In this document: positions 1 to 8,284 of the stretch, one piece after another
Position numbering within the stretch: the stretch's first letter is position 1
How the letters are laid out: every line of letters begins with the position of its first letter
Source: an uncultured Clostridia bacterium
GTDB taxonomy: Bacteria > Bacillota > Clostridia > TANB77 > CAG-508
NCBI GenBank assembly: GCA_944387405.1
Contig: CALXET010000001.1
Location: 256,969 to 320,968 of the forward strand
Reading direction: 5' to 3'
Length of the DNA stretch: 64,000 nt
Notes under the pieces: generated by a model
Seen by the model: the letters and a program-made list of their open reading frames with translations, nothing else
Databases searched by the model: none
Told to the model about the DNA's origin: nothing
Program-made: the position numbers and the translations under genes

Positions 1-537
1 CTTATTTACAAAAGATTGATCTGTAATATTATCTTTTCTAAAGTTTATCATATTATATAAAAGACTTGTCGTATCACAATCTATATAATAACAGTCTTCA
101 CCATATATTTTTTCAGAAGAAACGTCATACATTAATGATGCAAATAAAGCTTGTGAAAAATTTGGTACATCAAAAATCGCATGTGTAAGCACTGGAAGAT
201 CTGCTTCTTCTTTATTTAATTTTGTAACTTTATCATCTTTAAACACGTATTTATAATCTTCATCTATATAAGTAATTTCTATATCCTTTTCTATTTTATC
301 TTTATTTTCATATGTTTTTTTAATGATTGCTCTATTATCTTTTCTCCAAATTTCTGTTACAAAATATTCATCTTTAATCCTTTCATAGAAATTTGTTATA
401 CTTGCATAATTTTCTTTGTATTCTTTAGAAATACTTCTAATAATTATTGCTTTACGCATTACATTTAAAACAAAAATTACTATACAAATTAAGAGAATTA
501 CTAAAATCAGTTTAATAATTTTTTCTTTAGATTTCAT
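1..537 (-). CDS. Hypothetical membrane-anchored protein, partial (N-terminal part; continues beyond window start)
   Basis: ATG at 535-537 (minus strand) opens a reading frame that runs off the window edge. The N-terminus is hydrophobic (MKSKEKIIKLILVILLICIVIFVL). This ORF is not in the supplied track because it is truncated. Confidence 0.5.
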   Translation of the reverse strand, partial: MKSKEKIIKLILVILLICIVIFVLNVMRKAIIIRSISKEYKENYASITNFYERIKDEYFVTEIWRKDNRAIIKKTYENKDKIEKDIEITYIDEDYKYVFKDDKVTKLNKEEADLPVLTHAIFDVPNFSQALFASLMYDVSSEKIYGEDCYYIDCDTTSLLYNMINFRKDNITDQSFVNK

Positions 538-602
538 ATAAAATCACTCCCCTTTTTTATATAGTAATTATACCAATATATGTTTTTTTGCAATATTTTC
601 CA

Positions 603-1172
603 TTAATATTTTTTATTCATATATTCATTTATTTTATCCTCATCTTCTCTCATTGCTAAAATAGTCTTTTCGAATAATTCTTCTAAAGACCATCCTAGCA
701 TTTCTGCTCCTTTTTTAATAGTATCTCTTGAACATCCAGCTGCAAATTTTTTATCCTTAAATTTCTTTTTCAAACTTGAAACTTCCATATCTTTAGTGCT
801 TTTTGAAGGTCTCATTTTAGCAGCAGCCCATATTAATCCTGTAAGTTCATCTGTTGCAAATAAAATTTTTTCCATAATAAGAGTAGGCTCTATATCTGAA
901 CACATACCATATCCATGACTACATATAGACTTAATCATACTATCATTAACATCATTTTCTTTTAAAAGTTCAACACATTTTTTGCAATGTTCATCTGGAT
1001 ATAATTCAAAATCAATATCATGTAAAAGTCCTACTATTCCCCAATATTCTTCATCTTCATTATTTTCTCTTGCAAAATATCTCATTACTCCTTCTACTGT
1101 TAAAGCATGTCTTATGTGAAATTCCTCTTTATTATATTTTTTTAAAATTTCAAATGCTTCATCTCTATTCAT
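603..1172 (-). CDS. HD-domain phosphohydrolase (YqeK-like HD superfamily hydrolase)
   Basis: Contains H...HD motif residues (IRHALTVEGV...VGLLHDIDFE). Size (189 aa) is typical of small HD hydrolases. Confidence 0.6.
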   Translation of the reverse strand: MNRDEAFEILKKYNKEEFHIRHALTVEGVMRYFARENNEDEEYWGIVGLLHDIDFELYPDEHCKKCVELLKENDVNDSMIKSICSHGYGMCSDIEPTLIMEKILFATDELTGLIWAAAKMRPSKSTKDMEVSSLKKKFKDKKFAAGCSRDTIKKGAEMLGWSLEELFEKTILAMREDEDKINEYMNKKY

Positions 1173-1202
1173 ATAAAAAGCCTTCTTTCTATATAATTTA
1201 TT

Positions 1203-2492
1203 TTAATTTTCTTTATTATTTAATACAACATCTAGTACTTTTTTTGAGGCATTTCCATCATCTAAATAGTTGTATGTATCATTAAATTTTTTATATTTAT
1301 CATCATATTTAAACTCTTTAGAAACTCTTTCAATTTCATCTATCAATTCATCATCAGTTCTTACTATCTTACCAGGAAGTTCTTTGTTAACATCAATGTA
1401 AAAGCCATTAGATTCGTCTCTATAATGCTCTAAATCATACATATAAAATATCATTGGTCTTTTTAAATTAGCATAATCAAAAAATACGCTAGAATAGTCA
1501 GTAATTAAAATATCTGAAATAATATATAATCCGTTTATATCGTCTATGTCAGATACATTATAAACAAATCCATCATATTTATCGAAATCAAAAGCATTAG
1601 CTATAAAATAATGAGGTCTAAATAATATTATATAATCATCACCTAATTTTTCTCTAAGTTTATCAAAATCAACTTCATTTTTATATACATATCCAACTCC
1701 TGTTTCATGTTGATTTGCTCTATATGTCGGAGCATATAAAATAATTTTTTTCTTTTTTATATTTTTTTCATATTCAAGATAATAATATCCTAATATCTTT
1801 CTTTTCATGTTTTCTACATCTTTTTTTGTATAATTAAATAGAAAGTCATTTCTTGGATATCCTTTTTCTATCATAATATTTTCTTTACCAATTTCTTTTA
1901 AGTTCCATGCTGATATAAATTTTTCACTAGCAAATTTAGATGGAGATATAAAATAAGTAAATTTTTCTGCTTCCATTTTATATCTTTTCTTCATTCCATC
2001 TACTGAATTTAATAAATTATCAAAATTTTTTAAATCACACCCTAATCTTTTTAGAGGTGTTCCATGCCAGCATTGTAGAAACACTTGATCTTTAGTAGGA
2101 TAAATCGAATCAGCAATTTTAAAATTAAAGAACCAGTATTTAGCTGTATGAAGATATTTTCTATATTCTTTACTTTCTCTTTTTACAAGTATAGTATTTT
2201 TATTATTTAGTAAAAATTTATATTTTTCAGGATTTTTAAAAACCCACACTAGTTTATAATCATCATATTTGTCGCTTTTTAAAATTTCTTCATATAATGC
2301 TTTTGGGCTACAAGTATAAGATACTCCATTAAAACAAGAAAATAGTATAGTTTTTTCATCTATCTTTTTTCCAATACCATCTATCTTATATTTAATTCCT
2401 CTTAAAAAATTAAAAGAATCTCTTACAATATCTCTATATTCACTATGTTTTTTTATAAAATTAGTTACTGCATTCTTTATTTTTTTATTCAT
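1203..2492 (-). CDS. CDP-glycerol glycerophosphotransferase family protein (TagF/TagB-like teichoic acid synthesis)
   Basis: Carries the C-terminal ILYAPTYR motif typical of the TagF family. Overall length (429 aa) and composition fit the family. Confidence 0.7.
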   Translation of the reverse strand: MNKKIKNAVTNFIKKHSEYRDIVRDSFNFLRGIKYKIDGIGKKIDEKTILFSCFNGVSYTCSPKALYEEILKSDKYDDYKLVWVFKNPEKYKFLLNNKNTILVKRESKEYRKYLHTAKYWFFNFKIADSIYPTKDQVFLQCWHGTPLKRLGCDLKNFDNLLNSVDGMKKRYKMEAEKFTYFISPSKFASEKFISAWNLKEIGKENIMIEKGYPRNDFLFNYTKKDVENMKRKILGYYYLEYEKNIKKKKIILYAPTYRANQHETGVGYVYKNEVDFDKLREKLGDDYIILFRPHYFIANAFDFDKYDGFVYNVSDIDDINGLYIISDILITDYSSVFFDYANLKRPMIFYMYDLEHYRDESNGFYIDVNKELPGKIVRTDDELIDEIERVSKEFKYDDKYKKFNDTYNYLDDGNASKKVLDVVLNNKEN

Positions 2493-2711
2493 TTTTTCTC
2501 CTTATTTTCTAATTTTTTATTATTTAAATTTTCATAGATTATATAACATTCTCTATTATTTTTCAAATATTTAAATAATAAAACGTAATGCATTATAAAT
2601 TTTATATATTCTCTTTCATTTAATAAAAAATATTATTAAATTTACTGGACTTTTTTATTAAATATATGTAATAATAATTATAATCTTATATTTAATACTT
2701 GGAGGTTAGAA

Positions 2712-3173
2712 ATGAATAAAAATAAATTAATAAAAGTAACAATATTATCACTAATTATGATTTTTTGCTTATCTAATATTATATTTGCAACATCGCTAAA
2801 TACAACTCAATCAAATACTACTACAACTTCAACAACAAATACATCAACAACTAACACATCAAATTCTACAACTACAACTACTAACACAATGTCAAATACC
2901 TCAGATACAAATACTTCTAATGAAACATCTGAAACATCAGTTACAAATACATCTAATACTAATACATCGGATACTAATTCTACTGATACAAGCTCTGAAA
3001 CAGAATCATCTTCTCCTGGAACAACTTCAACATCATCTCAAAGTTCATCTAGTACATCTACTCTTCCAGAATCAGATTTAGGAGTTTCAATCATATTAAG
3101 TATATTTATAATTGTAATTGGTATTTTACTTATTTTATTTGCAATTGCAATATTAATAAGACTAAAAAAATAA
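2712..3173 (+). CDS. Ser/Thr-rich (mucin-like) surface protein with signal peptide and C-terminal TM anchor
   Basis: N-terminal hydrophobic signal, a ~100-aa T/S/N low-complexity tract, a C-terminal hydrophobic helix and a basic tail (RLKK). Confidence 0.5.
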   Translation: MNKNKLIKVTILSLIMIFCLSNIIFATSLNTTQSNTTTTSTTNTSTTNTSNSTTTTTNTMSNTSDTNTSNETSETSVTNTSNTNTSDTNSTDTSSETESSSPGTTSTSSQSSSSTSTLPESDLGVSIILSIFIIVIGILLILFAIAILIRLKK

Positions 3174-3180
3174 ATTTAAT

Positions 3181-3212
3181 CATTTATAATATAAATAAAG
3201 AAGCTTAGCTTC
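3181..3212 (+). terminator. Rho-independent terminator after the S/T-rich protein gene
   Basis: Hairpin aagaagcttagcttctt followed by a T-run. Confidence 0.6.
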
Positions 3213-3459
3213 TTTATTTTTTATTTTATTTTGTTTTATTTTATCTTGTTTTTTATTTTATTTATATTATTTTATCTAATTTTTAATTTTACCTTTTAAT
3301 TATATGTTTATTTTGTCTGATTTAATTTAATTTCATTTATTTTTATTTCAATTATTTTTTTATTTATTTTTATAATGATTGAATATTATATGAATATAAT
3401 TTTGTTATATACACATAATAAATTTAAGTTTTAAAAAAACTTATTTAGGAGGTAATTTT

Positions 3460-3903
3460 ATGAAAAAGAAACATTTAATAATAACTAGTATAGTTTTTTC
3501 TATTTTACTAATATTATTATCTTGCAACATATTTGCTTCTGGAGTAACAGATGAAATGAAAAAGTCTGTCGATAAGACTCAAAATTCAGTAAAAAATGCT
3601 GGAAATATTATAGAAAATGCAACTAATGGAGCTGCAAATACTGCAAAAAATATGGTAGACGATGCTGGAAATAAGATAGAAAATGGAATGGAAACTGGTG
3701 AAAATATGATGCAAAATGTAGCAGGAAACATGACTTATGATACTACTGGAAATTATAATACAACTCAAACGACAGCAAATGAAACTGCATCTATGACATC
3801 AAATGTTTGGCTTTGGATGATACTTGCTGCAATCGCTATAGTAATAGTTGCTTTAGTTTGGTACTATACTTCACAAACAAATAATTCAAATAAAAATCAT
3901 TAA
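3460..3903 (+). CDS. Small secreted/membrane-anchored protein with Asn/Ala-rich repeats
   Basis: Good RBS (aggaggt) precedes the start. N-terminal signal/TM, repeated xNAxN motifs, and a C-terminal TM helix. Confidence 0.5.
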   Translation: MKKKHLIITSIVFSILLILLSCNIFASGVTDEMKKSVDKTQNSVKNAGNIIENATNGAANTAKNMVDDAGNKIENGMETGENMMQNVAGNMTYDTTGNYNTTQTTANETASMTSNVWLWMILAAIAIVIVALVWYYTSQTNNSNKNH

Positions 3904-4049
3904 AAATTGTAATAGTGTTTTTTCTCTTTCTTAATTTGATTTTTCTTTTTTAGGAGGCGAATAAGCACTATTACTTGTCTTATAATTATTTTGATGTTAT
4001 AATTTTTATTATAAAAAATATAACAATTAATATTAAATAGAGGTTACAT

Positions 4050-4508
4050 ATGGAAAGAAAATTAGTATCAAAAAATCCTGTTGCTAGACATAATTATGAT
4101 ATAAAAGATACTTTAGAAGCAGGGATTGTACTTACAGGAACAGAAATAAAGTCAATTAGACTTGGAAAAGTAAATCTTAAAGATAGCTATGTTAATATAA
4201 AAAATGGTGAAGCTTATATATATGGAATGCATATAAGCCCATACGAATACGGAAATATCTTTAATAAAGATCCTTTAAGAACAAGAAAACTTTTGTTAAA
4301 TAAAAAAGAAATTGAAAAATTATTTAATCTCGTAAAACAACAAGGTTTTTCATTAATTCCAATATCACTTTATTTTAAAGGAAGTTTTGTTAAAATAGAA
4401 CTTGGAATTGGAAAAGGAAAAAAATTATATGATAAGCGTAATGATATAGCAAAAAAAGAAGCCGAAATTAAGATTAAACGAGCTCTTAAAGAAAAAAACA
4501 GCATATAA
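4050..4508 (+). CDS. smpB: SsrA-binding protein SmpB
   Basis: The full-length sequence is characteristic of SmpB (…GIVLTGTEIKSIR…LLLNKKEI…). RBS gaggt precedes the start. Confidence 0.95.
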   Translation: MERKLVSKNPVARHNYDIKDTLEAGIVLTGTEIKSIRLGKVNLKDSYVNIKNGEAYIYGMHISPYEYGNIFNKDPLRTRKLLLNKKEIEKLFNLVKQQGFSLIPISLYFKGSFVKIELGIGKGKKLYDKRNDIAKKEAEIKIKRALKEKNSI

Positions 4509-4536
4509 TGTATTTGTTTATGCTGTTTTTATTTAT
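4494..4536 (+). terminator. Rho-independent terminator after smpB
   Basis: aacagcata…tatgctgtt stem followed by ttttattt. Confidence 0.7.
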
Positions 4537-4655
4537 TTTGCTTAGAAATGATTTTAAAAGAAATTGTATAATAAGAAAAATATAAAGAGATATGTTTTTT
4601 TGAGTTCAGCTCATTTTCATATCTCTTTTTTCTTTACCATATTAAACAGTTCTAT

Positions 4656-5363
4656 CTATCTATCTATTTCTCCATATAAATCACTAATATATTCTATATT
4701 TTCATCTTTAATTTCTGAAAACATATTAGTATTATTTTTGTTTTCTGAATTCACATTATAATCCCTAGAAACAGAACTAGCAGTCTCTGTTGTTGTTTGT
4801 AGTCCAATACTATACGAAAATTCATCTCTTCTCTTTCCAACAGAAATCTTTGCTGAACCGTCTTCATTAAATTGTATTCCTACAATATGCTCTCCATCTC
4901 TTAATTTAGTTCTTTTTCCATCTTCTTGAATATAATCTGCTATTGATGTTGCAATAATATTATTAGACATTTTTTCTTCATTTATCGCTTCATAATATTC
5001 TTCAAATTTTTTAAATAGATTATCATAATCTTGCATTAATATAGAATCTTTTCTAAATTCAAGACCTATATCACCTGTTCTATATAAGACATCTTGAATT
5101 TCTTCTAAAAATGAAGTTACTTCACTATATACTTCTTTATTGTCTCTACCTGTTTTCTCTACTATTTTATTGGTTAAAGCATTAGTTAAGTCAAATCCAT
5201 AATAACCTTCCCTTATAGTCTCATCACCAAAAGTTTCTATCATCAATCTTGCCATTAATTGCTCATTTTCATAAGAGCCTGCATTAGTACTTACTGAAGT
5301 ATATCCTTCATTTAATAATACTGTTGGTCCTTCAAAATTTCCATTTACATGTCCGAAGCTCAT
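4656..5363 (-). CDS. Hypothetical protein, C-terminal fragment of a frameshifted gene (continues from 5332..6711)
   Basis: The ATG at 5361-5363 has no RBS (pyrimidine-rich aattcctc lies upstream). It overlaps the upstream ORF by 32 nt in another frame. Confidence 0.5.
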   Translation of the reverse strand: MSFGHVNGNFEGPTVLLNEGYTSVSTNAGSYENEQLMARLMIETFGDETIREGYYGFDLTNALTNKIVEKTGRDNKEVYSEVTSFLEEIQDVLYRTGDIGLEFRKDSILMQDYDNLFKKFEEYYEAINEEKMSNNIIATSIADYIQEDGKRTKLRDGEHIVGIQFNEDGSAKISVGKRRDEFSYSIGLQTTTETASSVSRDYNVNSENKNNTNMFSEIKDENIEYISDLYGEIDR

Positions 5364-6711
5364 GAGGAATTGTTGTTTTACTATTTTCTATAGATGAATT
5401 TAAATCTGTTCCATTAAAAACACTTATTTTTCCAGAAGCAAGTCCAATATCATCTTCTGAAATATCATATTTTTCTACAAATTCTCTCATAGATTCATAT
5501 TGTGTATAACTAACTGGCAAAGAATATTGTGCCAATGCACTTTCATACGGAGAATTATTTATTTGTCCAGAAACATCTTTACCATTCTCATGATATTCAT
5601 AGTTAATATCTAATATTCTATATCTATAATTAAGCTCATCATAATTTAAATATTCAGCATTCTCTACTAAAGTATCTAAAACAGAACCCGCTATAAAAGT
5701 CTTTTCTTCATCTGTTAGATTATCGTTATTTGCAATAGTTTCTAATATTTCTTCTACACCCTCAGGAATATTTGGCGAAGAAGTATCTTCTTCCATAGCT
5801 TTTTCTTCACTATGTAAAGGAGCTGTTCTTTGTAAATCTTCATATACAAATACAACTTCATTTTTTTCAGAATCATAGTAAAAGTTAATATCACTACTAT
5901 CTCCTTCAAAAAAAGCTATCTCATCTAATTCCTTTGATATTTCCCAATTTTCGAAGTCCTGTTCTTCAAGCTGTTTTTGTATGCTCTCATATTTTGTTTG
6001 TAAATCTTTTTCTACTTCTTCATCTGCTGTTATATCTACTTCTCCAAATTGTTGTTCAATTTGTGATTTAGTAATAAATGGAACTTTTCCACCATCTATC
6101 AAAAATTTAATACCCAATGCAGATAATGATATAGTCGCTGCAGTTCCTGCAATAGCAAAAATTAATTTTAATGGTGGTTTTTTATTTCTATTACTTCTGT
6201 TTCTATTTTGATATTGATTATTATAATAAGGATCAGAAGTCGAAAAATGACCACTTGATCCATATGGATTATATTGTCCATATGATGAGCTTGAAGAAAA
6301 TGGATCTTCCCCGCCATAACCTCTATATGCACCTTGTCTACCAGCATTTCTTTTTCTTCCTATATATAATGTTTTAGGTTTATTATAAAAGTCATATAAG
6401 TCGGAAGCTTCCTCATATGCTACTGGACGTAGTTTATCTTCATTTTTTCTTGCAAAATAGCTCATTTTATTGTATCTGTTAATATATCTTTCCAAATATT
6501 CATTTTTATATAATACATCATTTCTTCTTATATATTTTTCATTAAGGAAGTCAATTATTTTATTCATAAAACTTATCTCATTACCTTTTGTAATGAAATA
6601 AGCTTTATGATTTCTTTTAACAGCAAATCCATATAAATTATTTGTTTCATCATCTAAATAAAATGCATAATGCCTATCTAACAATTCTACATTAAACAAT
6701 ATATTTTTCAT
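5332..6711 (-). CDS. Hypothetical membrane protein, N-terminal fragment of the same frameshifted gene
   Basis: 459-aa ORF with a central TM segment and a Gly/Tyr/Asn-rich low-complexity linker. It ends in a 32-nt overlap with the next ORF. Confidence 0.5.
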   Translation of the reverse strand: MKNILFNVELLDRHYAFYLDDETNNLYGFAVKRNHKAYFITKGNEISFMNKIIDFLNEKYIRRNDVLYKNEYLERYINRYNKMSYFARKNEDKLRPVAYEEASDLYDFYNKPKTLYIGRKRNAGRQGAYRGYGGEDPFSSSSSYGQYNPYGSSGHFSTSDPYYNNQYQNRNRSNRNKKPPLKLIFAIAGTAATISLSALGIKFLIDGGKVPFITKSQIEQQFGEVDITADEEVEKDLQTKYESIQKQLEEQDFENWEISKELDEIAFFEGDSSDINFYYDSEKNEVVFVYEDLQRTAPLHSEEKAMEEDTSSPNIPEGVEEILETIANNDNLTDEEKTFIAGSVLDTLVENAEYLNYDELNYRYRILDINYEYHENGKDVSGQINNSPYESALAQYSLPVSYTQYESMREFVEKYDISEDDIGLASGKISVFNGTDLNSSIENSKTTIPHELRTCKWKF

Positions 6712-6738
6712 TTGTTTCTCCTAAAATAAATTATTATT

Positions 6739-7668
6739 TTATGCTTTTCCTCCAGAACAAAATACATTATTGATTTTATCTAATACTGTTTTTCTAATTT
6801 CATCTCTTGCTGGTCCTAAATATTTTCTAGGATCAAAAATTGATGGATCTTCATTAAACACTCTTCTAATTTGAGCAGTCATAGCAAGTCTTAAATCTGT
6901 ATCTACATTTATTTTAGATACACCTTTTTCTCCTGCTTCTTTTAACATTTCGTTTGGACATCCTTTAGCTCCTGGAATATTTCCACCGTTATTGTTACAC
7001 ATTTCAACAAGTTCTGGAATTACTGAAGATGCACCATGTAATACTATTGGAGTATTTGGTAATTTTTCTTTAACTTTTGCTAAAATATCAAATCTTAATT
7101 TAGCTTCTCCTTTAAATTTATATGCACCATGGCTTGTTCCTATGGCAATTGCTAAAGAATCACATCCAGTTCTTTCAACAAATTCTTTTGCTTGGTCTGG
7201 ATCTGTATATCTTGCATCATCTGCTGCAACATTTACTTCATCTTCAATACCTGCTAATTTTCCAAGTTCAGCTTCTACTACTACACCTTTTGAGTGAGCA
7301 TAATCTACTACTTTTTTAGTAAGAGCTACATTTTCTTCGAAATCATATTTTGAACCATCTATCATAACTGATGTAAATCCATTGTCAATACACATTTTAC
7401 ATGTTTCAAAATCTGGTCCATGGTCTAGATGAAGTGCAATTGGAATATTTGTTGATTCTACAGCAGCTTCAACCATTTTTGTTAAATATTTAATTTGTGC
7501 ATATTTAATAGCACTTGAAGATACTTGAAGTATAACTGGTGATTTTGCTTCATCTGCAGCTTCAGTTATAGCTTGTATAAACTCCATATTATTAATATTA
7601 AATGCTCCTATAGCATAATGTCCTTTCATAGCTTTTTCAAACATTTCTTTAGTTGTTACTAATGGCAT
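6739..7668 (-). CDS. fba: Fructose-1,6-bisphosphate aldolase, class II
   Basis: Characteristic class II FBA sequence (HYAIGAFNINN…LHLDHG…). Confidence 0.95.
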   Translation of the reverse strand: MPLVTTKEMFEKAMKGHYAIGAFNINNMEFIQAITEAADEAKSPVILQVSSSAIKYAQIKYLTKMVEAAVESTNIPIALHLDHGPDFETCKMCIDNGFTSVMIDGSKYDFEENVALTKKVVDYAHSKGVVVEAELGKLAGIEDEVNVAADDARYTDPDQAKEFVERTGCDSLAIAIGTSHGAYKFKGEAKLRFDILAKVKEKLPNTPIVLHGASSVIPELVEMCNNNGGNIPGAKGCPNEMLKEAGEKGVSKINVDTDLRLAMTAQIRRVFNEDPSIFDPRKYLGPARDEIRKTVLDKINNVFCSGGKA

Positions 7669-7735
7669 AAAAATCCCTCCTAATATTATTTTCGTTGTTT
7701 GTTACATTTTATTTCTTATAAATTTATCTGTCAAG

Positions 7736-7764
7736 TTGCAAAAGAAAAAATAATATGCTATACT
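7736..7764 (+). promoter_or_regulatory. Sigma-A type promoter (TTGCAA-17-TGcTATACT) driving small KDRR ORF
   Basis: -35 TTGCAA at 7736-7741, 17-nt spacer, extended -10 TGCTATACT at 7756-7764. Confidence 0.6.
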
Positions 7765-7797
7765 TTATTAAAATTTACAAATGAGAGGTGATTACTT

Positions 7798-7944
7798 TTG
7801 ATAGTTATGGATCGAGATGGTAATCTTTTTGATGAAAGACGAAAAAATAAAGATAGACGTAAAAAAAATGAACCAGTTTCTACTGATAGAAGAACTAAAG
7901 ATAGACGTGTTGAAAATATCAATGAGATTAAAAGAAAAAGATAA
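7798..7944 (+). CDS. Small basic protein with four DRR/KDRR repeats (46 aa from ATG 7807; 49 aa from TTG 7798)
   Basis: RBS gagaggtg precedes the start and the reading frame is intact. Strong promoter upstream and a perfect terminator downstream. Not in the ORF track (too short). Confidence 0.5.
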   Translation: MIVMDRDGNLFDERRKNKDRRKKNEPVSTDRRTKDRRVENINEIKRKR

Positions 7945-7951
7945 TATTTAA

Positions 7952-7980
7952 GGGCGAATTAATTCGCCCTTTTTATTTTT
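7952..7980 (+). terminator. Rho-independent terminator
   Basis: Perfect hairpin gggcgaatt/aattcgccc followed by tttttattttt. Confidence 0.8.
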
Positions 7981-8007
7981 TAATTTTAACTTTTATTTTT
8001 AAAATTT

Positions 8008-8169
8008 TTAGCTATCTAACTTATAATCTCCACATATAGTTTCATCTTTTTCACCAGTTTTACAATTTTTAAATGGCTTTACTGTAATTTGATTTAAATT
8101 ACATTTATTATTCTCGTTTTGATATTTGCAACTACTTACTGTACAATTTATTATTTGTTTTCTATCCAT
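8008..8169 (-). CDS. DUF1540-like small cysteine-rich protein (53 aa)
   Basis: Translates to MDRKQIINCTVSSCKYQNENNKCNLNQITVKPFKNCKTGEKDETICGDYKLDS. RBS aaaggagg precedes the start. The CxVxxCxY…C pattern is typical of DUF1540. Confidence 0.55.
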   Translation of the reverse strand: MDRKQIINCTVSSCKYQNENNKCNLNQITVKPFKNCKTGEKDETICGDYKLDS

Positions 8170-8284
8170 ATTAAAACCTCCTTTTATTTTATATAATTAT
8201 TATTCTCAAAAAACAAAAAAATAAACTTTAAATATTCTTTATGTATTTAAAGTTTATTTTTTATTGTTTAATATTTAAAATTTC

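Noticed and set aside
1070-1285. Track ORFs antisense to or embedded in real genes (e.g. 1070-1285, 3586-3768, 5981-6211, 6992-7297, 12702-12962, 15889-16176, 16948-17256, 19782-20105, 25314-25652, 47657-47854 and others)
   Set aside because: They lie opposite long, well-supported CDSs. They have low-complexity AT-codon composition (F/L/I/S/Y-rich) and no RBSs, as expected for shadow ORFs in an AT-rich genome.
4509-4655. Looked for an ssrA (tmRNA) gene downstream of smpB, a common arrangement
   Set aside because: The region is only ~150 nt and AT-rich, with no GGGG…CCACCA tRNA-like ends or acceptor/T-arm pairing. It contains only terminator hairpins.
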